From the NCBI GenBank assembly GCA_031551135.1, contig JAVBOA010000008.1, positions 10,563 through 74,562 of the forward strand: a DNA stretch of 64,000 bases, in the 5' to 3' direction. This DNA comes from Eubacteriales bacterium (GTDB lineage Bacteria > Bacillota > Clostridia > Lachnospirales > JAITVM01). Shown here in pieces: positions 45,405 to 55,196 of the stretch. Within the stretch, counting starts at the first letter, position 1, and the number at the start of each line of letters is the position of its first letter. A model generated the notes under the pieces. The model was not told where the DNA came from, made no database searches, and was given only the letters and a program-made list of their open reading frames with translations. Both the position numbers and the translations under genes were made by a program.

Positions 45405-46338
45405 CTATCGGTTTACCTCTCATAGAAAGTAAATACAAAAGCGCCATTCTGACCGCCACGCCATTTGTAATCTGATCGTCTATCAAACAATTTTTCGAGT
45501 CAATGACTTGTGAAGAAATTTCTATTCCGCGGTTGATTGGGCCGGGATGCATTACGATTACATCTTTTTTTGCATAAGAGAGCATTTTCTGATCTATTTT
45601 AAATAGATTACGATATTCGTTTATCGAGGGCAAAAGCGAACCATATTGCCTTTCGGTCTGCATCCGCAAAGCAAGCACAACATCAGCGTCCTCCATGCCT
45701 TCGTAAGCATTATAAAAAACTTTCACACCGAAATCTTCAAGATAATCGGGAATTAAAGTCGGCGGCCCCACTACAGAAACTTTTGCGCCGAGCGTAGTAA
45801 GCGCCCAAATGTTACTGCGGCTGACTCTGCTATGCGCAACATCTCCGATAATTGTTACTTTCAAATTTTCAAAACTGCCTTTTTGCTCTTTTATTGTCAA
45901 AAGGTCGAGCATTGACTGTGTAGGGTTTTCGTTTATTCCGTCGCCTGCGTTTATCACGCTTGCTTCGACATTTTCAGCCAGAAGTTTTGCCGAGCCTGAC
46001 ATCGGGTGGCGTATTATAATAAAATTGCAGCCCATTTGGTCAATAATTCTGCCGAGATCCAGTAAATTTCCAAAATCTCCGTTGTTTACGCCGAGTTTCA
46101 TTTCAACAACATTCGCGCCCAAATATCCGGCGGCAAGCTCATAAGAAAGCCTGTTTCGGGATACGGTATCACTAAAAAGCGTCAAAACCGATTTTCCTTC
46201 TAAAATCAAAGCTCTTTTGTTTTTTTGCGAAATTACAAATTTCATTGTTTCGGCAACTTTTAAAATATATTGAATTTCTTCGCTCTCAACCCCTCTTAAA
46301 GTTACGAAATCTTTTCGCATAAATTTCAACGCGAACAC
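45388..46338 (-). CDS. Aspartate carbamoyltransferase-like protein (B. subtilis-type fold) with a degenerate carbamoyl-phosphate site
   Basis: Collinear with B. subtilis PyrB (GDVAHSRVSRSN, LRMQTER and HPGPINRG are conserved). However, STRTR is VSRNR, QHPTQ is ENPTQ, and the QKGE loop is GDFG. The start is ambiguous between 46338 and 46320. Confidence 0.8.
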   Translation of the reverse strand: MFALKFMRKDFVTLRGVESEEIQYILKVAETMKFVISQKNKRALILEGKSVLTLFSDTVSRNRLSYELAAGYLGANVVEMKLGVNNGDFGNLLDLGRIIDQMGCNFIIIRHPMSGSAKLLAENVEASVINAGDGINENPTQSMLDLLTIKEQKGSFENLKVTIIGDVAHSRVSRSNIWALTTLGAKVSVVGPPTLIPDYLEDFGVKVFYNAYEGMEDADVVLALRMQTERQYGSLLPSINEYRNLFKIDQKMLSYAKKDVIVMHPGPINRGIEISSQVIDSKNCLIDDQITNGVAVRMALLYLLSMRGKPIDENFN

Positions 46339-46370
46339 CAGCTTTCTGATATGATTAAACGCTTTTCAAA

Positions 46371-47285
46371 TTATTTTTGCTTAAGCGTACAAATTAATTT
46401 TTGAAAATATTCGGGTAATTCCGATTCGAATTCCATATATTCTTTGGTTTTAGGATGAATAAAACCCAAAATTTTAGCGTGCAGTGCTTGTCCTTCCAAT
46501 TTGTAAGGCTGTTTCTCTCTGCCATATATTTTATCGCCCAAAAGCGGATGACCGGAATCTGACATATGTACACGAATCTGATGCGTGCGTCCGGTTTCCA
46601 GAACCGCCTCGATTAAAGTAAAGCCGTTAAATCTATGTAGGACTTTAAAATTCGTAACGGCATTCTTTCCGTTTTTATAATTTACAGCCATTTTTTTTCG
46701 GTCTTTTATATCGCGCCCGATAGGTTTATTTATAGTTCCGCTGTCTTCGGCGATATTTCCGAAAACAATCGCATGATATTTTCGTGTTATCGTATGCGCC
46801 GAAAATTGCTCCGAAAGATAGGAGTGTGCTTTATCATTTTTCGCCGCAATTAAAATTCCGGATGTGTCCTTGTCTATACGATGCACAATCCCCGGCCGCA
46901 AAACACCGTTTATTCCAGATAAAGAATCTCCGCAATGGTTCAAAAGAGCGTTTACAAGCGTTCCTTCGTAATGCCCCGGCGCAGGATGAACCACTAAATT
47001 CTGCGGTTTATTTATAACAATTAAGTCGTCATCTTCATATAAAATATCAAGAGGAATATCCTCTCCCTGCAATTCCAATTTTCTGTTTTTGGGTATATCG
47101 ACCGAAATTATGTCTCGCAATTTAGTTTTATAATTTGATTTTTCAATTTTATTATTAACCGTAACATAACCGCTTTCGATTAGTTTTTGCAGCATATTAC
47201 GAGATTTTTCTATTATATTTTCGGAAAGAAAATGATCCAGCCTTTTGTTTATATCAAATTCGGGAACAATGAAAGTTTTATTCAT
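46371..47285 (-). CDS. rluD: 23S rRNA pseudouridine synthase RluD family
   Basis: S4 domain plus HRIDKDTSGILIAAKN. The ATG at 47285 overlaps the lspA stop (ATGAATAA). The track start at 47309 is also possible. Confidence 0.9.
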   Translation of the reverse strand: MNKTFIVPEFDINKRLDHFLSENIIEKSRNMLQKLIESGYVTVNNKIEKSNYKTKLRDIISVDIPKNRKLELQGEDIPLDILYEDDDLIVINKPQNLVVHPAPGHYEGTLVNALLNHCGDSLSGINGVLRPGIVHRIDKDTSGILIAAKNDKAHSYLSEQFSAHTITRKYHAIVFGNIAEDSGTINKPIGRDIKDRKKMAVNYKNGKNAVTNFKVLHRFNGFTLIEAVLETGRTHQIRVHMSDSGHPLLGDKIYGREKQPYKLEGQALHAKILGFIHPKTKEYMEFESELPEYFQKLICTLKQK

Positions 47286-47793
47286 TTTTAACACCGCTGA
47301 TTTCATCATCTTTTATAAAAAATATCACAAGAATTGACAGCAAAATCGCGCCAACAACAACATAGGAATCTGCTAAATTAAACACAGGAAAATCCATAAA
47401 CTTTATAAAAGTGGCATGAAAAAAATCTATAACATAACCCCTAAAAAGACGGTCAATATAATTTCCCACAGCGCCCGCCAAGATTAAAACAAGACAGCCT
47501 CTGACAAGATTGTAAATTTTTGTTTTCGGTAATTTTATATAATAATAAATCATAATGGAGATAACAATCGTGGTTGAGATTATAAAAAACCATCTCCAAT
47601 TCTGCATTAAACCAAACGCCGCGCCCCTATTTTCCACATAAGTAAAATTAAAAACGCCGTTGATTAAATAAATCGAGCCGATTTCCTTTAGATTATTCAG
47701 CGCTATCCATTTTGTAATCTGATCCAAAGCAACCAAAAAAATAAATATAGATACAGTCAAAATCACAATTATACCCCTAACTGCCTTATGCAA
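47278..47793 (-). CDS. lspA: Lipoprotein signal peptidase II
   Basis: VENRGAAFG and FNLADS motifs, with 4 TM helices. Confidence 0.92.
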   Translation of the reverse strand: MHKAVRGIIVILTVSIFIFLVALDQITKWIALNNLKEIGSIYLINGVFNFTYVENRGAAFGLMQNWRWFFIISTTIVISIMIYYYIKLPKTKIYNLVRGCLVLILAGAVGNYIDRLFRGYVIDFFHATFIKFMDFPVFNLADSYVVVGAILLSILVIFFIKDDEISGVKNE

Positions 47794-48842
47794 TCGGCCA
47801 AAATATTTTCATCATTAATTTTTACGGAAAAAGCTTCTCCGATTTGTCTTAATGTTATAATACTAATTACGTTATTGCTGGTCTTTTTGTCTAAATACAT
47901 TTGAGAAATTATTTCTTTCTCGCTATAATTTTTTATTTGGTTTTCGAGTTCAAAAAAATTCAGCAATTCTTTTATAGAATTAAAATCCTCTTCAGAAATA
48001 AATTTCTGCGTTAATGCGTAATAAGAAGAACAAATCATTCCGATTGCAACGGAATGTCCGTGGGTCAGTTCGAAATTCGATAAAGTTTCAACAGCGTGAC
48101 CAAAACTATGTCCGAAATTCAAAATTTCCCGAATCCCTAAATCTCTTTCGTCAAGCGAAACAACAGAATTTTTTATTTCGCAGGAGCGGAAAACTAATTC
48201 TGATAAGCAATCAAAATCCATATGAATTATTTTTTCCTTGTTATCACAAATAAATTTATAATATTCATAATCTTTAATTAAGCCGTGTTTGATTGCCTCC
48301 GCCATTCCCGACGAAAATTGTTTTTTATCCAGAGTTAAGAGCGTATTTATATTCGTGAAAACGAATTTCGGCTGATAAAACGAACCGACTAAATTTTTAT
48401 TTCCCGAGAAATCGACTCCGACTTTTCCGCCGACAGAACTGTCAATTTGAGATAAAAGCGTCGTCGGAACTTGTATAAAATCAATTCCACGCATATAAGT
48501 TGAGGCCGCAAACCCTGTCAAATCTCCGACTACACCGCCGCCAAGCGCAATCAAAGCGGATTTTCTGTCAAAATGATTATTTATTAAAAATAGATAAAGC
48601 TCTTTTAGCGTATCTAAATTTTTACTTTTTTCTCCTGCCGGAAAAACAAAAGAATGAATTTCATAATTTTTATGTAACAAAGATTTCAGTTCGTCGAGAT
48701 AAAGCTCAGAAACATTCGAGTCGCTGACAATACATATTTTTTTATAATTAAAGTTTTTTAAAATTTCGGGAAAGCTCCCAAAATTGTTTTCAAAATATAT
48801 TTTATAATTCGCTGATTTTGTCTCTATATTCAGATTTTTCAA
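47769..48842 (-). CDS. aroB: 3-Dehydroquinate synthase
   Basis: GGGVVGDLTGFAASTYMRGIDFIQVPTTLLSQIDSSVGGKVGVD and the HGHSVAIG motif. Confidence 0.92.
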   Translation of the reverse strand: MKNLNIETKSANYKIYFENNFGSFPEILKNFNYKKICIVSDSNVSELYLDELKSLLHKNYEIHSFVFPAGEKSKNLDTLKELYLFLINNHFDRKSALIALGGGVVGDLTGFAASTYMRGIDFIQVPTTLLSQIDSSVGGKVGVDFSGNKNLVGSFYQPKFVFTNINTLLTLDKKQFSSGMAEAIKHGLIKDYEYYKFICDNKEKIIHMDFDCLSELVFRSCEIKNSVVSLDERDLGIREILNFGHSFGHAVETLSNFELTHGHSVAIGMICSSYYALTQKFISEEDFNSIKELLNFFELENQIKNYSEKEIISQMYLDKKTSNNVISIITLRQIGEAFSVKINDENILADCIRQLGV

Positions 48843-48856
48843 AAATCTTCCCCCTG

Positions 48857-50206
48857 CTAAAATTTTTTATGTGCTATCAAAGAGATTATCCGCCTGTCTT
48901 GCACATTGTTTATTTTAAAGATTACTCCATTGTATTCGATTTCATATTTTTCTCCGTCTTCCGGAACAAATCCAAGCTGACCCGTTAAAAATCCGCTGAT
49001 TGTATCAAATTCGTCCTCGTCATCAATCCCTATTTCAAGGCTCTGCGCCACATCCACAATTTCTGCCACTCCGGAAATAAAAAAAGTCGAATCATTAAGT
49101 TTTTCGATATCCGGAACTTCGTGTTCATCATATTCATCCGATATATTTCCGACTATTTCTTCTGTCAAATCCTCCATTGTTACAATACCAGATGTTCCTC
49201 CGTATTCGTCCACTATAATAACCATATATACACGGTTTTTCTGCATTTCTTGAAAAAGTTCGTCATTCTTTTTTGATTCGGGCAAAAAATGAGCTTTTCT
49301 GATAATTTTACGCAAATCAATTTCCGCTTTCGGGTCTACTAAATATTCCAAAATATCTTTTATATGGAGTATACCGATAATATTATCGATATTTTCTTCA
49401 TAAACCGGCATCCGTGAATATTTTTCCTCTGTTATGATTTTAATAATTTCATCTTTTGTGGCATCAGCATTAATCGCAACGATTTCTGTTCTGTGCGTAG
49501 CGATTTCGCCAACGGTTTTATTATCAAACTCGAATACATTATTTATCATTTCGATTTCGCTTTCGTCGATATTTCCTGATTCCCGCGACGCGTCCACCAT
49601 CATCCGGATTTCTTCTTCCGAATAATCATTTTCGGAATATTCATCTGATATATTTAAAAGCTTCATCAAGAAATCTGCTATTCCCATACAGAAAAACACA
49701 ATTAGTTTTGAAATTGTATAAATAATTGAAATAGGAATCGAAAATATTCTTATTAATGCGCTTGCTTGTTTTATTGCGATTCTTTTTGGAATAAGCTCTG
49801 TAATAACAAAAGCGAAAATTGTTATTATTATTAAAGAAATCACAAAAATCGTAAATGCAAGCATATCATTTACTTTTTCGTCAATCGAACTCATCAGAAG
49901 AAAGAAATATTTTTCGTAAAAAACAACAATAAAATAAACCCCAAGACAGACCGTCGCTATCATATGCCAAAATTTTAACGAAATTTCAATGTATGGACTT
50001 TTGCTGATAAATCTGTCTACTTTGGCATCATTGTTCAATAAAGTGCGTCTGAGTTTATTTTTATTAAAGAAAATAACTGCCTGCTCCAAAAGCTTGAAAA
50101 ATCCTTTCAGTGCCACCAGAATTAATAGATACACAAAAATTCTAAACAAAATTTTCCTTCCTCCAATAAATTTTAGGATTTCTGTTCTTTTAATACTAAT
50201 TCCCAT
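48857..50206 (-). CDS. CNNM/DUF21 + CBS pair + CorC_HlyC domain protein (TlyC/hemolysin family)
   Basis: 449 aa with N-terminal TM helices, a CBS pair and a C-terminal transporter-associated domain. Its first codons (ATGGGAATTAGTATTA) are the complement of a repeat fragment. Confidence 0.85.
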   Translation of the reverse strand: MGISIKRTEILKFIGGRKILFRIFVYLLILVALKGFFKLLEQAVIFFNKNKLRRTLLNNDAKVDRFISKSPYIEISLKFWHMIATVCLGVYFIVVFYEKYFFLLMSSIDEKVNDMLAFTIFVISLIIITIFAFVITELIPKRIAIKQASALIRIFSIPISIIYTISKLIVFFCMGIADFLMKLLNISDEYSENDYSEEEIRMMVDASRESGNIDESEIEMINNVFEFDNKTVGEIATHRTEIVAINADATKDEIIKIITEEKYSRMPVYEENIDNIIGILHIKDILEYLVDPKAEIDLRKIIRKAHFLPESKKNDELFQEMQKNRVYMVIIVDEYGGTSGIVTMEDLTEEIVGNISDEYDEHEVPDIEKLNDSTFFISGVAEIVDVAQSLEIGIDDEDEFDTISGFLTGQLGFVPEDGEKYEIEYNGVIFKINNVQDRRIISLIAHKKF

Positions 50207-50213
50207 TTGATTT
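50191..50213 (-). repeat. 23-nt fragment identical to the left end of repeat copy 5
   Basis: TAATACTAATTCCCATTTGATTT matches 27220-27242 exactly. It overlaps the annotated start codon at 50206. Confidence 0.7.
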
Positions 50214-50293
50214 TATTCTTTTCCGTTTTAAAAATTTTATCTACAACTATTATAGCAATTTAACAAAATAACGCAAGTTCTGTACTATTCAAA

Positions 50294-51085
50294 TCACTTT
50301 AAAATCCAACGCTCGGAATCATCTATATTTGTACATTCGTGCGAAACAGCGGCCTCCAAAATAGAATAATAATATTTATGATTTTTAGGCACATCAATAA
50401 AATTTAAATTTTGCGGATTTTCAATCAAATTATCACGCCCAAGCAAAATATTAATTATCCAAACAGCCTCTCCCCTTGTAATTTTTTGTGTACGGCTCAT
50501 ATTGTTAAGCTGTAAAAAAGCGTTTATCACATTATCATATAAATAATTATCGATATACAAAGAAGCAAGCGAAATAAATTCATAGCGGCTTAATAATTTT
50601 TCCTTCTCAAAATTATATTCCTCAAAAAATTCCTTAAAACCCAAATCTATAAAATAATCATAAGCCTTTTGATAATTGCTCGAAAAATCATCGGAATTAT
50701 ATTTGTAGACCTCATAAATATTGTAGAGCATAATTATCGCTTCGGAAAACGTAATTTCCTTATCCGGTAAAAAATAATCCGCGCTATATCCGAATACATA
50801 GTTTTTGTGAATCTGCGCGCCGCTGTTCGATTTTGTATAAATAAATCTCAGCTCATTGTTTATATCAAATGTTGCGAATTTATAGTCCGCTCCTATAATA
50901 CAGTATTCCTCGAGTCTCGGAGCCTGTACTTTGATTGCTTCATATCTGTTCCCGAAAATCTTTTCCGTATAAAGTATATTTTTGTTTTCATCTGTGCAAA
51001 TTATATTTATTTCAAAATCCTCGGCAAAAATACAATTGGGAATAAATAAAAAAATAATAACAAAAAGGGCTATTTTTTTTAACAT
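50294..51085 (-). CDS. Secreted protein with degenerate SLH-like repeats
   Basis: Signal peptide MLKKIALFVIIFLFIPNCIFA. SLH-like segments are GYSADYFLPDKEITFSEAIIMLYNI, ITRGEAVWIINILLGR and FIDVPKNHKYYYSILEA. Confidence 0.5.
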   Translation of the reverse strand: MLKKIALFVIIFLFIPNCIFAEDFEINIICTDENKNILYTEKIFGNRYEAIKVQAPRLEEYCIIGADYKFATFDINNELRFIYTKSNSGAQIHKNYVFGYSADYFLPDKEITFSEAIIMLYNIYEVYKYNSDDFSSNYQKAYDYFIDLGFKEFFEEYNFEKEKLLSRYEFISLASLYIDNYLYDNVINAFLQLNNMSRTQKITRGEAVWIINILLGRDNLIENPQNLNFIDVPKNHKYYYSILEAAVSHECTNIDDSERWILK

Positions 51086-51252
51086 AACAAACCTCTTTCG
51101 AATAGTTGATGATTATATTTTGCGTTAAACCAAGATTTGTTATGCATTTTTTAGCAATACAAAAAAACGAAGCATATAAACCGCTTTGATGTTTATTAAA
51201 AATTCAATTCGTGCCGATATCTATGTGTATACATAATTATGGGGGTGAAATA

Positions 51253-51426
51253 ATGGATATTCCGGCTTTATCGAGCGCTATGGCAAGCTCAAAAGTAGCA
51301 ACAAATGTAAATATTGCAATGTTAAAAAAAGCAAAAGAATCTATGGAAGAAAGCGGACAAAGAGTTGCAGAGATGATAACCTCTACAAATGTAAACTCCG
51401 GTAGTAAAATAGACATAAAAATTTGA
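51253..51426 (+). CDS. YjfB-family putative motility protein
   Basis: MDIPALSSAMASSKVATNVNIAMLKKAKESMEESGQRVAEMI resembles B. subtilis YjfB. GGGGGTGA RBS is present. Confidence 0.65.
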   Translation: MDIPALSSAMASSKVATNVNIAMLKKAKESMEESGQRVAEMITSTNVNSGSKIDIKI

Positions 51427-51463
51427 TATATACTGACAAACGATTAGATTTTCGTTCACCACA

Positions 51464-51510
51464 CAAAAAAACGGTGAGTTATCATAAAGATAAATCTCAC
51501 CGTTTTTTTA
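51464..51510. terminator. Bidirectional intrinsic terminator
   Basis: A7-ACGGTGAG - 17 nt - CTCACCGT-T7. Confidence 0.8.
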
Positions 51511-51511
51511 T

Positions 51512-51546
51512 TTATACTATTTTCATTTTGATAAGTAGAAAAAAAT
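51512..51546 (-). repeat. Truncated copy (35 nt) of the palindromic repeat, reverse orientation
   Basis: TTATACTATTTTCATTTTGATAAGTAGAAAAAAAT matches the repeat terminus and stops at the A-run. It ends 1 nt from the telA stop codon. Confidence 0.8.
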
Positions 51547-51547
51547 A

Positions 51548-52813
51548 TTATGAGTTTTGCAATAAAGTTTGTTTTACTTGCTCTTCCAATTTTTTGATTT
51601 CAACTTCTGCAAGTGCTCTCTCTTCTTTGCCCTTTTTTTGGATGGCCACAACGCCGTTTATTGTTTCGATCAGATTATTATTTGTAATCTGCAAGGTTTC
51701 GAGGCTCACTATTCCTCTTTCGCCCTCTTCCGCAATTTCTAAAGCGCCTTGTTTTAATAATTCGCTGTTACGCTGCAAAAGCTCATTTGTAGTATCCGTA
51801 ATATGTTTTTGCAAACCAAGCGCCGCTCTGTTATTTGCTATTCCCAAAGATATAACCATTTGACTTTTCCAAACAGGAATTGCCGTAAAAATCGAATTTT
51901 GAATTTGATAAACCAATTGTTCGCTGCCTTGCTGAACCAATCTGATTTGCGGTGCGTTTTGAATACTCACCAATCTTGTACGCAAAAGGTCATCAATTTT
52001 CTTTTCAAATTTTACTTGGATATCATTCATTTCATTGTATTTCTGGATTTCCATTTGGTCGTTGGAAGAAGTAGCAGCTTCTTTTTGTTTGGCAACTTCC
52101 TGCGTATACGATTTTAATTTTTCCTTAGCGGCAATTAAAATATAAGTAAGTTCTTTATAATACTGAACGTTTGTATTATACATTCCGTCCATGATTTTAA
52201 CATTACCAATTAATTTATCCTTAGATTTTTCAAGCTTATCGACAATCGTATCAATTGTTTTTTCAACAGTATCAAATTTTGCAAGCATTTTTTCAGTTTC
52301 TTTTTTCGATAAAACAATTTGATTTTTAATTTGTTTGCCGATGTTTGAAGCTCCTTCGGAAGCTTTTTTTGCGCCCGAATTTAATCCGCCGAAAAGATTC
52401 GATAAAAATCCCGGCTTGGAATCGTCTTTAAAATCAAAATTTTTGATTTCCGAGGTAAGGTCAACCAACGAATTAGCAACATCGGCATCCAATTCATTTA
52501 CTTTTATGCTTCTCAAAATTTGGTCGCAAAACTCGGCTATTTTCTGCTGAGTATTAACGCCGTAAGTTATTACGCCGTCTGTAGAAGATAAATCGATTTT
52601 TGAAACAATGTTTTCCACCAATTGGCGTTCTTGCGGGGTCAAAATTTCCAATGACAAACTATCCTTAGTTTTTTCCTGAACTTCCGTGCTTTGCGACTGT
52701 GCAGGCGGCTCTACGACTTTAGATTCTCCGTATGGGTCAATATCCATCAGAGGCGCGCCGTTATCCGGTAATCCCATTTCAAAATCTTTCATTATTCCGT
52801 TGTTTTCTTCCAT
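51548..52813 (-). CDS. telA: TelA / YaaN family toxic anion resistance protein
   Basis: 421 aa. All-helical TelA-type sequence, with about 50 aa of acidic N-terminal extension. Confidence 0.8.
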   Translation of the reverse strand: MEENNGIMKDFEMGLPDNGAPLMDIDPYGESKVVEPPAQSQSTEVQEKTKDSLSLEILTPQERQLVENIVSKIDLSSTDGVITYGVNTQQKIAEFCDQILRSIKVNELDADVANSLVDLTSEIKNFDFKDDSKPGFLSNLFGGLNSGAKKASEGASNIGKQIKNQIVLSKKETEKMLAKFDTVEKTIDTIVDKLEKSKDKLIGNVKIMDGMYNTNVQYYKELTYILIAAKEKLKSYTQEVAKQKEAATSSNDQMEIQKYNEMNDIQVKFEKKIDDLLRTRLVSIQNAPQIRLVQQGSEQLVYQIQNSIFTAIPVWKSQMVISLGIANNRAALGLQKHITDTTNELLQRNSELLKQGALEIAEEGERGIVSLETLQITNNNLIETINGVVAIQKKGKEERALAEVEIKKLEEQVKQTLLQNS

Positions 52814-52828
52814 AAATACAATCCCCTT

Positions 52829-53473
52829 TCAATTTTTACTTACATTATTATATGCGTCACAAAATTCAAAAAAGCAACAAATTTCGCACTTAGGTTTTCG
52901 GGCAATACAAATTTTTCTGCCATGTGCGATAACTTGTGTGTTATATTTAATCCAGCTTTTTTTGGGAAGTATCTTCATTAATTCAAATTCAATTTTTTCG
53001 GGGTCTTCGGATTTCACAAGCCCTAGTTTATTGGAAATACGTTTAACATGTGTATCCACAACTATGCTTGGAATATTAAAAATATGTCCGCGCACAACAT
53101 TTGCGGTTTTTCTGCCCACGCCGGCCAGAGATGTAAGGCTTTCAATATCCGAAGGCATTTTAGAATCAAAATCGCTTATCAATTTATTACAGCAATTGAT
53201 TATATTTTTAGCTTTATTGCGGTAAAATCCCGTCGATCTGATATCTTCCATTAAAGTAATGAAATCCGCATTCGCAAAATCCTCGATAGATTTATATTTT
53301 TTAAAAAGCGATTGTGTAACAATATTCACTCTGTCATCGGTGCATTGCGCGCTTAAAATCGTTGCAATCAAAAGCTGCCAATCTTTTTCATAATTCAAAT
53401 AGCATTTAGTATCTTGAGGATAATTTTCATCTAAAAGCGCAAGAGTTTTTTTTACTTTTTCTTTTTTTGTCAA
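52829..53473 (-). CDS. nth: Endonuclease III
   Basis: HhH motif LTSLAGVGRKTANVV, the catalytic-Lys region, and the 4Fe-4S cluster CIARKPKCEICCFFEFC. Confidence 0.93.
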   Translation of the reverse strand: MTKKEKVKKTLALLDENYPQDTKCYLNYEKDWQLLIATILSAQCTDDRVNIVTQSLFKKYKSIEDFANADFITLMEDIRSTGFYRNKAKNIINCCNKLISDFDSKMPSDIESLTSLAGVGRKTANVVRGHIFNIPSIVVDTHVKRISNKLGLVKSEDPEKIEFELMKILPKKSWIKYNTQVIAHGRKICIARKPKCEICCFFEFCDAYNNVSKN

Positions 53474-55176
53474 GCTTCAGCCTCCAATAGAAATTCTGTC
53501 ATTAAATTCGTAATATCAAAAGCCTCAACAGAATCAGCATATCTGAAAATAATATACGAAATTTGTTTTTTTCGGTCTCCCAAAATGTCATAATTAAATT
53601 TTTTTACATTATAGTTTTTTAAACGCTGTCTGTAATTTGCCGTTGTACCAAAACAAAAATGATTGCTTTCTTTCATAAATCTAAGGATAGCATTTTTTTC
53701 TGATTCGGAAATTGTATCCTCAAAAATATCCGGCAGAGTCTTTAGATTCTCGTTTAATAAAATATCGTATTTAATTAAATCAGACAGTAATTCTCGATTA
53801 AGATTTTTTACGGATTCCGCAAATTTAAATAAATATTTCGGAATAAAGAGTTTATTATGTTTCAGAAGATTTAATTTATTGCTTTCCCAAAAAATTCCCA
53901 AGCTATAAAAAAAGTCGAAAGGCGAGTCAAAAAAATCCAGCAAATAGTTTAAAGATTTTTCAAATCTATTTGTATTATAGAACAATTCGACAATATCTTC
54001 AATCGATTTTAAATCTAAAATTTCCTCAAAACTGAGCCACATAGTGGAAATCACTTCATATGGCGCATTTGCACGGTATTTAATCTCAAACTCTTTTGCC
54101 TTTTCTTTTATTCCCGTTTCTTTCAAGACTTTCAAAAATCCCAATTGAAACTGCTCCGGGCGCAAAGCAAAAACATCATTGAAAGATTTTTTAAAAGAAT
54201 CAAAATCCTCGAACGGCAGTCCCGCAATCAAATCCAAATGCTGGTGAATATTTCCGAAGGATTTAATAATCCGCACGTTTTCGAATAATTTATCCAGATT
54301 CGTTTTTCTTGTAATCGCATCCAAAGTCTTTATATTTGTAGATTGAACGCCGATTTCGAATTGAAAAAGTCCTTTGCGGGCTTTTTGCAGCAGTAATATT
54401 TGTTTTTTATTAATTAAATCAGCGGCTATTTCAAAATGAAAATTCGAAATCCCGTTGTCGTTTTCAATCAAAAATTCCCAAATCTTATAAGTCCGTTCGG
54501 GTTCGCAATTAAATGTGCGGTCAACAAATTTAACCTGCTTTATATTATTATCCAAAAAGATTTTCAAATCAGAAAAAACTCTATCCAACGAGAGATTTCG
54601 AACGCCCGAAACTAAAGAAGACATGCAATATTGGCATTTGAACGGACAGCCGCGGCTTGTCTCATAATAAATAATACGATTCTCCAATCCGGAAAAATCT
54701 TGATAAACAAAGTCTATTTCATCAAGCTGAATTGCGTCATTTGCATTATATTCCGAATTTTCTTTTGTTAAGATTCCTTTTATTTCAGATAGACTTGTTT
54801 TTTTATACAAAAAACAATCAACAATTTCCGAAAAAGGCTTTTCGCCTTCTCCCAAAACCACGATATCAATATTTTTATTTTCATTTAAGCCATATGCCTC
54901 CGGTCCACCCGCAATAATAAAAATATTCGGATCGGCTTTTTTCAGCGTATCGATAATTTGCAGATTATTTTCGATATTCCAAATATAAAAAGAAAAACCG
55001 ATAATCTTGATTTTTGTTCGGTATATCTCAGCAGTTATGCTGTCCAAATTATTATTTATTGTAAATTCTTTAATAATGATATCTGCGTTTTTATCTTTTA
55101 CAAATCCTTTGAGCGAATACAGACCAAGTGCGGAATGTATAAATTTTGCGTTTAGCGCGACAAGTAAAAATTTCAT
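53470..55176 (-). CDS. B12-binding-domain radical SAM protein with a DUF4080-like C-terminus
   Basis: 568 aa. The N-terminal B12-like domain is followed by ETSRGCPFKCQYC (CxxxCxxC). Confidence 0.85.
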   Translation of the reverse strand: MKFLLVALNAKFIHSALGLYSLKGFVKDKNADIIIKEFTINNNLDSITAEIYRTKIKIIGFSFYIWNIENNLQIIDTLKKADPNIFIIAGGPEAYGLNENKNIDIVVLGEGEKPFSEIVDCFLYKKTSLSEIKGILTKENSEYNANDAIQLDEIDFVYQDFSGLENRIIYYETSRGCPFKCQYCMSSLVSGVRNLSLDRVFSDLKIFLDNNIKQVKFVDRTFNCEPERTYKIWEFLIENDNGISNFHFEIAADLINKKQILLLQKARKGLFQFEIGVQSTNIKTLDAITRKTNLDKLFENVRIIKSFGNIHQHLDLIAGLPFEDFDSFKKSFNDVFALRPEQFQLGFLKVLKETGIKEKAKEFEIKYRANAPYEVISTMWLSFEEILDLKSIEDIVELFYNTNRFEKSLNYLLDFFDSPFDFFYSLGIFWESNKLNLLKHNKLFIPKYLFKFAESVKNLNRELLSDLIKYDILLNENLKTLPDIFEDTISESEKNAILRFMKESNHFCFGTTANYRQRLKNYNVKKFNYDILGDRKKQISYIIFRYADSVEAFDITNLMTEFLLEAEA

Positions 55177-55196
55177 GCTTTCCCTCGTTTATAATT

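Noticed and set aside
51423-51863. 146-aa plus-strand ORF downstream of the yjfB-like gene.
   Set aside because: It reads through a strong bidirectional terminator and a repeat fragment, then runs antisense to telA. It is not credible as a gene.
52686-53225. 179-aa plus-strand ORF. A similar case is 55612-55986 (124 aa, Cys/Arg-rich).
   Set aside because: These are antisense to the telA/nth genes and to the Thr-rich repeat of the stalk-domain gene respectively. Both are shadow frames.
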